DNA of 64,000 nucleotides from Mobula hypostoma (taxonomy: Eukaryota), in the NCBI RefSeq assembly GCF_963921235.1, contig NC_086109.1, positions 15,750,001-15,814,000 of the forward strand, given 5' to 3'. Shown one piece after another: positions 58,841-64,000 of this stretch; the first letter of the stretch is position 1, and every line of letters starts with the position of its first letter. The translations under genes were made by a program, and so were the position numbers. The notes below the pieces were generated by a model. It made no database searches, was not told where the DNA came from, and saw only the letters and a program-made list of their open reading frames with translations.

Positions 58841-60984
58841 GCAGCAAAGAAGATGCTGGAGGCACTCGGTGAGCAGGCAGTACCTGTGGAGGGAAATGGA
58901 GAGTCAGCATTTCAGTTCAAGTCCATTCACCTGGACTGGATTTTCTTGTGTCTCCAGGTCCGGAGGCAGGTGTGGAAAGGCAAAATAAGTCGCACATTTC
59001 CATTTGATCATCATTCATTAGAAGAAGGAAATTACAAACTTTGTAGAAAGAAAAGCTTTTTTATTTTGTAGAGAAGTAGTGATAAGGCAGTGACTAAGAG
59101 AGAAGGAATGACATGAGTGTTGGTACAGTTGGGAAGGCATGTCACAAGCTTGTTTATTGTAGCCGATGTGTTTGCAGGGGACATAAATAAAAGGAAATTA
59201 ATAAAAGTCGATCTGAGAGAGAAAAAAATGCTTGAACTGTGAGATACAAATAAACGGCACTTCCTGGAAATCGGAAATAAAGGAGAATGCTAGACTTTTT
59301 TTGGAAGCTGCCTGGATTAGATGATATGAGTAGAAGGAGAGGTTGGACATTCTTGGATTATTTTAGTCCATAAAACCATAAGATATGGGAGCAGAATTAG
59401 GCCATTTGGCCCATTGAGTCTGCTCCGTTATTTCATCGTGACTGATCATTTTCACTCTCAGACTCTTTGGAGTGTCAGAGTTTGTTGGGATACCTGATAG
59501 AAGTTTATATGATTATGAAAGGGATAGATAAGTTAGATAATCAGAGTTATTTTCCCAAGATAGAAATATCAAGTACTCAGAGTCATGCATTTAAGATGTG
59601 AAGGTTGAAGTTTAAAGGGGATGTGTGAGGCATGTTTTTTTACCCAGAGGTTAATAGATGACTGGAATATGCTTCAAGAGACAGGTATACTAGTTGGAAG
59701 TAACTGCAAAAATGTGTGGCTCAGGTGGTTGTTGGTTGGATTGAGTTGTTCCCATAATGTTTCCAAAATGACAAACACTCAGCTGATTTTTAAGAATATA
59801 AAGGCCAAGCATTCAGAAGACACACCACAAGTGAACGGTGCACTGTTTATGCCTCCTTGTATGGTGATGAAATGTTTGCAAATGGATTGCCAAGATAGGA
59901 GAACAACTCAACCTAACCAAATATATAGGTCAATGAATTTGCAGGAAATGGAGAGGTATGGATCATGTACAGGCAGAAAAGATTTAGTTTAATTCAGCAT
60001 CATGTTTGGCACAGATACTGTAGTCTGAAGTGCCTGCTTCTCATCCATATTCGTTAAATAGCATCTGACAGGTCAAAGACCTTTAATCAGAACCAACCAA
60101 TTCAGATACAAACTGAAAAAGCTGATCATCTGAAATTATTGAATTCAATATTGACTCCTTAGGGTTATGACATGTCTATGTATAAGGTGAAGTGTTCTTT
60201 TTTGAGTTAATATTGAGCTTCATTGGAAAAAAGAAAGAGAACAGAGATAGAGAGATCAGAGTGGGAGGGGATGGAGGACGTGGAACAAGTCCCGCATAGT
60301 AAAGGCCTATCAGCCCATGATGTTGTACCAACCCTTTGACTTACTCCAAGGTCAATCCAACCCTTCCCTCCACACAACCCTCCATTTTTTATCCATGTGC
60401 CCTTCTAAGAGTCTTTTAAATGTCCCTAATGTATCTTTATTGTTACCCCTGGAAGTGCGGTTCATACACCCACCACTCTCTGTAAAAGGAAAACTGTCTC
60501 TGACGTATACCCCCGATACTTCCCTCCCAACAACTTAAAGTTTACCCGAGATTAAAGAATTAATATGATGTAGAACTGGAAGCTCAGGGTCACCCTCACA
60601 GACAGACTGGGTATGAGTGTTGAAGAAGATAATAGAGTGAGCCAGTAAATTGAAGAGGGAATATTGCTGAAAGAGGAGTAAAAGTGAAGACGTATATACT
60701 TGTTAATGGGATCATAAAGAAATTAGTCAGAACTGCACTGAGTGTATTAAGTGCTGGGAAATGAATTAAGGGGAATACGTTCCTTGGTCGGAGTGACAGG
60801 AGAAGTACAGGAAATGGAACAGACATTGCTGAGGGCCCTGTCCGCTATGCAAGAGAGGAAACCATGGTTTTGGGAAAAGGAAGTACTGGGATAACAAAGA
60901 AGGTGGTACAAAAGAAAGAAAAAACAAGAATGGAGTCCTTATAAGAATCAGGCTGGGAGGAAATATAGTCAAGGACCACCACCA

Positions 60985-61375
60985 AAAGTACCTGCACTAT
61001 GGGCTACCGTTTGTAGGCAACATCTACCATCAAAGTTTCCCTCCATCCAGGTCCTGCTGTCTTCTCACTACCACCATTGGACGGGAGATACAGAAGACTG
61101 AAGTTTCACACCACTAGGTTCAAACACATCTCCTTCCCTTTAACCAACCAGCATAATCCTAATTACAACCTCGGTATATCAGCACTTTGATCTCTCTGAC
61201 CACTTTGGACAGAAACAACTTTGTTTTTTTTTTGTTCTAATTGTGTTCTTTCTTGTATAACTGATGTTTATCTTGTGAATTATGTTTATCTGATGCAATA
61301 TGCCTGTGATGTTGCTGTAAGTGTTTCACTGCACCTGTGCATGGATGCACCTTCTGTATATGACAATAAACCCCA
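60985..61375 (+). mobile_element. Rex1/Babar 3' fragment
   Basis: CTTCTCACTACCACCATTGGACGGGAGATACAGAAGACTGAAG...AGGTTCAAA; tail ATATGACAATAAAC. Confidence 0.65.
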
Positions 61376-61521
61376 CTAGGATTCAAGATTCAAGATTCAA
61401 AATTGCTTAATGTCATTTCCAGTACACAAGTGTAAAGGAAAATTAAATAATTGTTACTTCGGATCTGATGCAGCACAAAAAGAAACACAACAAGATAAAG
61501 AACACATAATATAAGAGCAAC

Positions 61522-61806
61522 TTAATAGGCATCCGTTAGTCTCATGAGACCATGGATTTGCACCTTGGAAAGTTTCCACGGCTCAGACCTGGGCAAGGTT
61601 GTATGGAAGACCAGCAGTTGCCCATACTGCAAGTCTCCCCTCTCCATGCCACCAATGTTGTCCAAGGGAAGGGCATTAGGACCCATACAGCTTGGCACCG
61701 GTGTTGTCGCAGAGCAATGTGTGGTTAAGTGCCTTGTCAAGGCTTGAACTAACCACCTTCAAATCACTAGATGAATGCCTTAACCACTTGGCCATGCGCC
61801 AACACC
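61522..61806 (-). mobile_element. tRNA-headed SINE with TSD, inserted in a Rex1-type 3' UTR
   Basis: A box TGGCCAAGTGG, B box AGTTCAAGCC, central CAAGGCACTTAACC; 11-bp TSD ATAAGAGCAAC (61511-61521) / ATAAGAACAAC (61807-61817). Confidence 0.82.
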
Positions 61807-63128
61807 ATAAGAACAACACAATAAATATAAATACTTAAGATCACTTCTATACATAGATTGGTTTTTGTCCATAAAGTGACACTAGGTACAGGAGTGTCTG
61901 TACATAAGGTGATTCTGACAGAAAATAATAAAATCGTAGTGGTGGGATGGGTTAGTGGGTGGAGGTGCTGGCCAGCCCTAGTGCTTGGGGAAAGGAACTG
62001 TCTTGGAGTCTGTTGGTTCTGGTGTAGATGCAGCATAGCCTCCACCCTGATGGAGGTGAGACAGACAGTGCATAAGCAGGGTGTGTGGGATCCTTTATGC
62101 TTTTACTGGCCTTTTTCTGGCACCTTTATGTATAACTTGGATTCAAGTTTGACTTGACTCTGTTTCTGTTACCTAGATGCTGCCTGACCTTCTATGAATT
62201 TCCTGCCACTTTTGTTTTTGTTTCAGAATTCCAACTTCTGCACTTTTTAAAAACTTTTCTGGGTAAAAAAGAGCTGGGGTGGGGATTGTGAGGCAGATAT
62301 TGTACTCTTAGTAAACTTCCACAAAATGCAGAGGACTGTGTTAAAGAACAGGTGATTGGTTTGTTAGTGACGTTTGTTGAATGCAGATATTGATCAGAAT
62401 TCTGGGTAATCATCAGGGATTTCCACGTCAGTCTTGAAGGGCCATTGGGACTCAGCTTAACCAGTAACCCAAAAGATGGTGACTGTGAAAGTTTAATACC
62501 GCTGGTATATAATGTGCATGAAGTTGTAGGGCAATGCCACTCACCATTACTGTGAACATGGCGGAATCTTAACCCAGTAGCTAGAGCCACATAGATTTGT
62601 GACATACTCAGACCTACTTCACAATGCATTCATTTGATGGTGCTTTACTCTTTCCTGTTCATGATCCAGTTGTCCCGTGCCTTTCTCAGCATGTCTTGAA
62701 TTTTCCCTTAACTCTCTTAAGGATCCATTAATCTCTCAGTGAAGAAACAAGTAACAACAATAACCTGCATCTATAAAAAACCTTCAATGCAGCAAAATAT
62801 TCAAACGTACTTCACAGCAGCACTTTTAAAGCAAAATCTGACATTGATCCCTTTCAGATTTGATCCAAGCTTGGGTCAGTGATTCCATTGAACGGTTACT
62901 TTTATTTTTGCTACATGTATTGAGGTAGAGTGAAAATCATTGTTTTACACAGCATCCATACAAATCATTCCTAAACTAAGTATATTGAGGTAGTATGAAA
63001 GGAAAAACAAAAGCAGAATGCAGATGACAGTGCTAGCTTCTGAGTTACAAAGAAAGTTCAGTGGGGGTAAATAAAAATGTAGCCAGGTGACCATTGAATA
63101 TAATTTTTTATTGTTAAAGTGCACTTAC

Positions 63129-63165
63129 GTGTTCACCCTAGTAATGGTAAAATTGCTGCCTGTGC
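63129..63165 (-). other. Candidate 37-nt exon of the same minus-strand transcript
   Basis: Acceptor TTTTCTCTTAAAG and donor CAC|GTAAGT. Confidence 0.45.
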
Positions 63166-64000
63166 CTTTAAGAGAAAATGGTGACATCATTAAGCACATG
63201 TGGATTAGAAAGAAGAGTTGCAAGGTTCTAGAAAGGACGTCGAATGCTAGTCGTATGGTGAGAAATGGTGAATAATATCTATGTAAATTTGTTTACACTT
63301 GTTGTAAATCTAGAATATCGGTAATTTGACATGTTTTACATGTGGATACTTTAGATTTTCACAAGTAAAATATAGCTGGATAGCATGGTTGTGTGAAGTT
63401 CCTCATCAGCCTAGTAGGTTAGTCTTTTTAGTGATTTAAACTTCAAGGCAAAATATTGTAAAATATACAAATGTTGTAAAAGTTGTCTTTCTTTATTGTT
63501 TCCTGACTGAATGTGAATGATACGGAGTAATGTCAATGTGTTAATCTCTGTTTACATAGTGTGAGTGAGGAGAACTCCTTTCAGGATCTAGCCTATACGT
63601 GTTTTGAAGGTAATCATGTGTGTGCCAAAGTGAGTACACCTTTTAGTTAAGACGAGATGTACTTATTCATATTTTTGATGTTGTGTATAAGGTACAGGAT
63701 TGGTGGGATTCTAATATTGTTTGTATTTTTTTCAGAATTGCCACTCCCGTATTGGTTTTGTATATTTTATTTTACTTATTTTCATACAGCATACGTAACA
63801 AGGGGGTGGACTGAAATTAAACTGAGTTTGTAACAGCAGGACCTGTGATTTTCTTTTAAATTCATTTTGTTGTTTTCATTTTGAAACCCTCCTTCTGCAT
63901 TAAAACATCTAAAAAAGATAAAGGAATTAAAGACTCAAAAAAATATTTGTTGTCCTGCGTGTCTATTTTTCTCCAGGCTACAAGAAATAAACTGCAAGAT

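Noticed and set aside
61740..61806. tRNA gene
   Set aside because: A and B boxes are present but there is no complete cloverleaf. It is the head of a SINE with a TSD, and the same applies to the other SINE heads.

Overview
This is eukaryotic, non-coding, transposon-saturated DNA. The repeat families (CR1 LINEs with TTCTATGT tails, Rex1/Babar LINEs and their short derivatives, V-domain and DeuSINE-type SINEs) point to a cartilaginous fish, probably a ray; this is inferred from repeat content only. I found no intact host protein-coding gene. Every recognisable ORF belongs to a transposon: CR1 RT C-terminus, Rex1 RT, RTE RT, two Gypsy pol remnants and a Tc1 HTH. Other elements include solo LTRs, Harbinger and hAT MITEs with TIRs and TSDs, a ~4.2 kb 30-bp minisatellite with an internal 478-bp duplication, and a telomere-like tract. 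The most interesting signals are (1) a dispersed Penelope-type repeat whose copies jointly rebuild a minimal hammerhead ribozyme, with one compensatory stem change; (2) a chain of minus-strand exon-like segments with no shared ORF, a candidate spliced lncRNA; (3) a similar pseudoknot in two different SINE-like families; and (4) deep transposon nesting. I see no CRISPR array or prokaryotic system. Boundaries of old, decayed repeats are approximate, and family names come from motif recognition rather than database searches.
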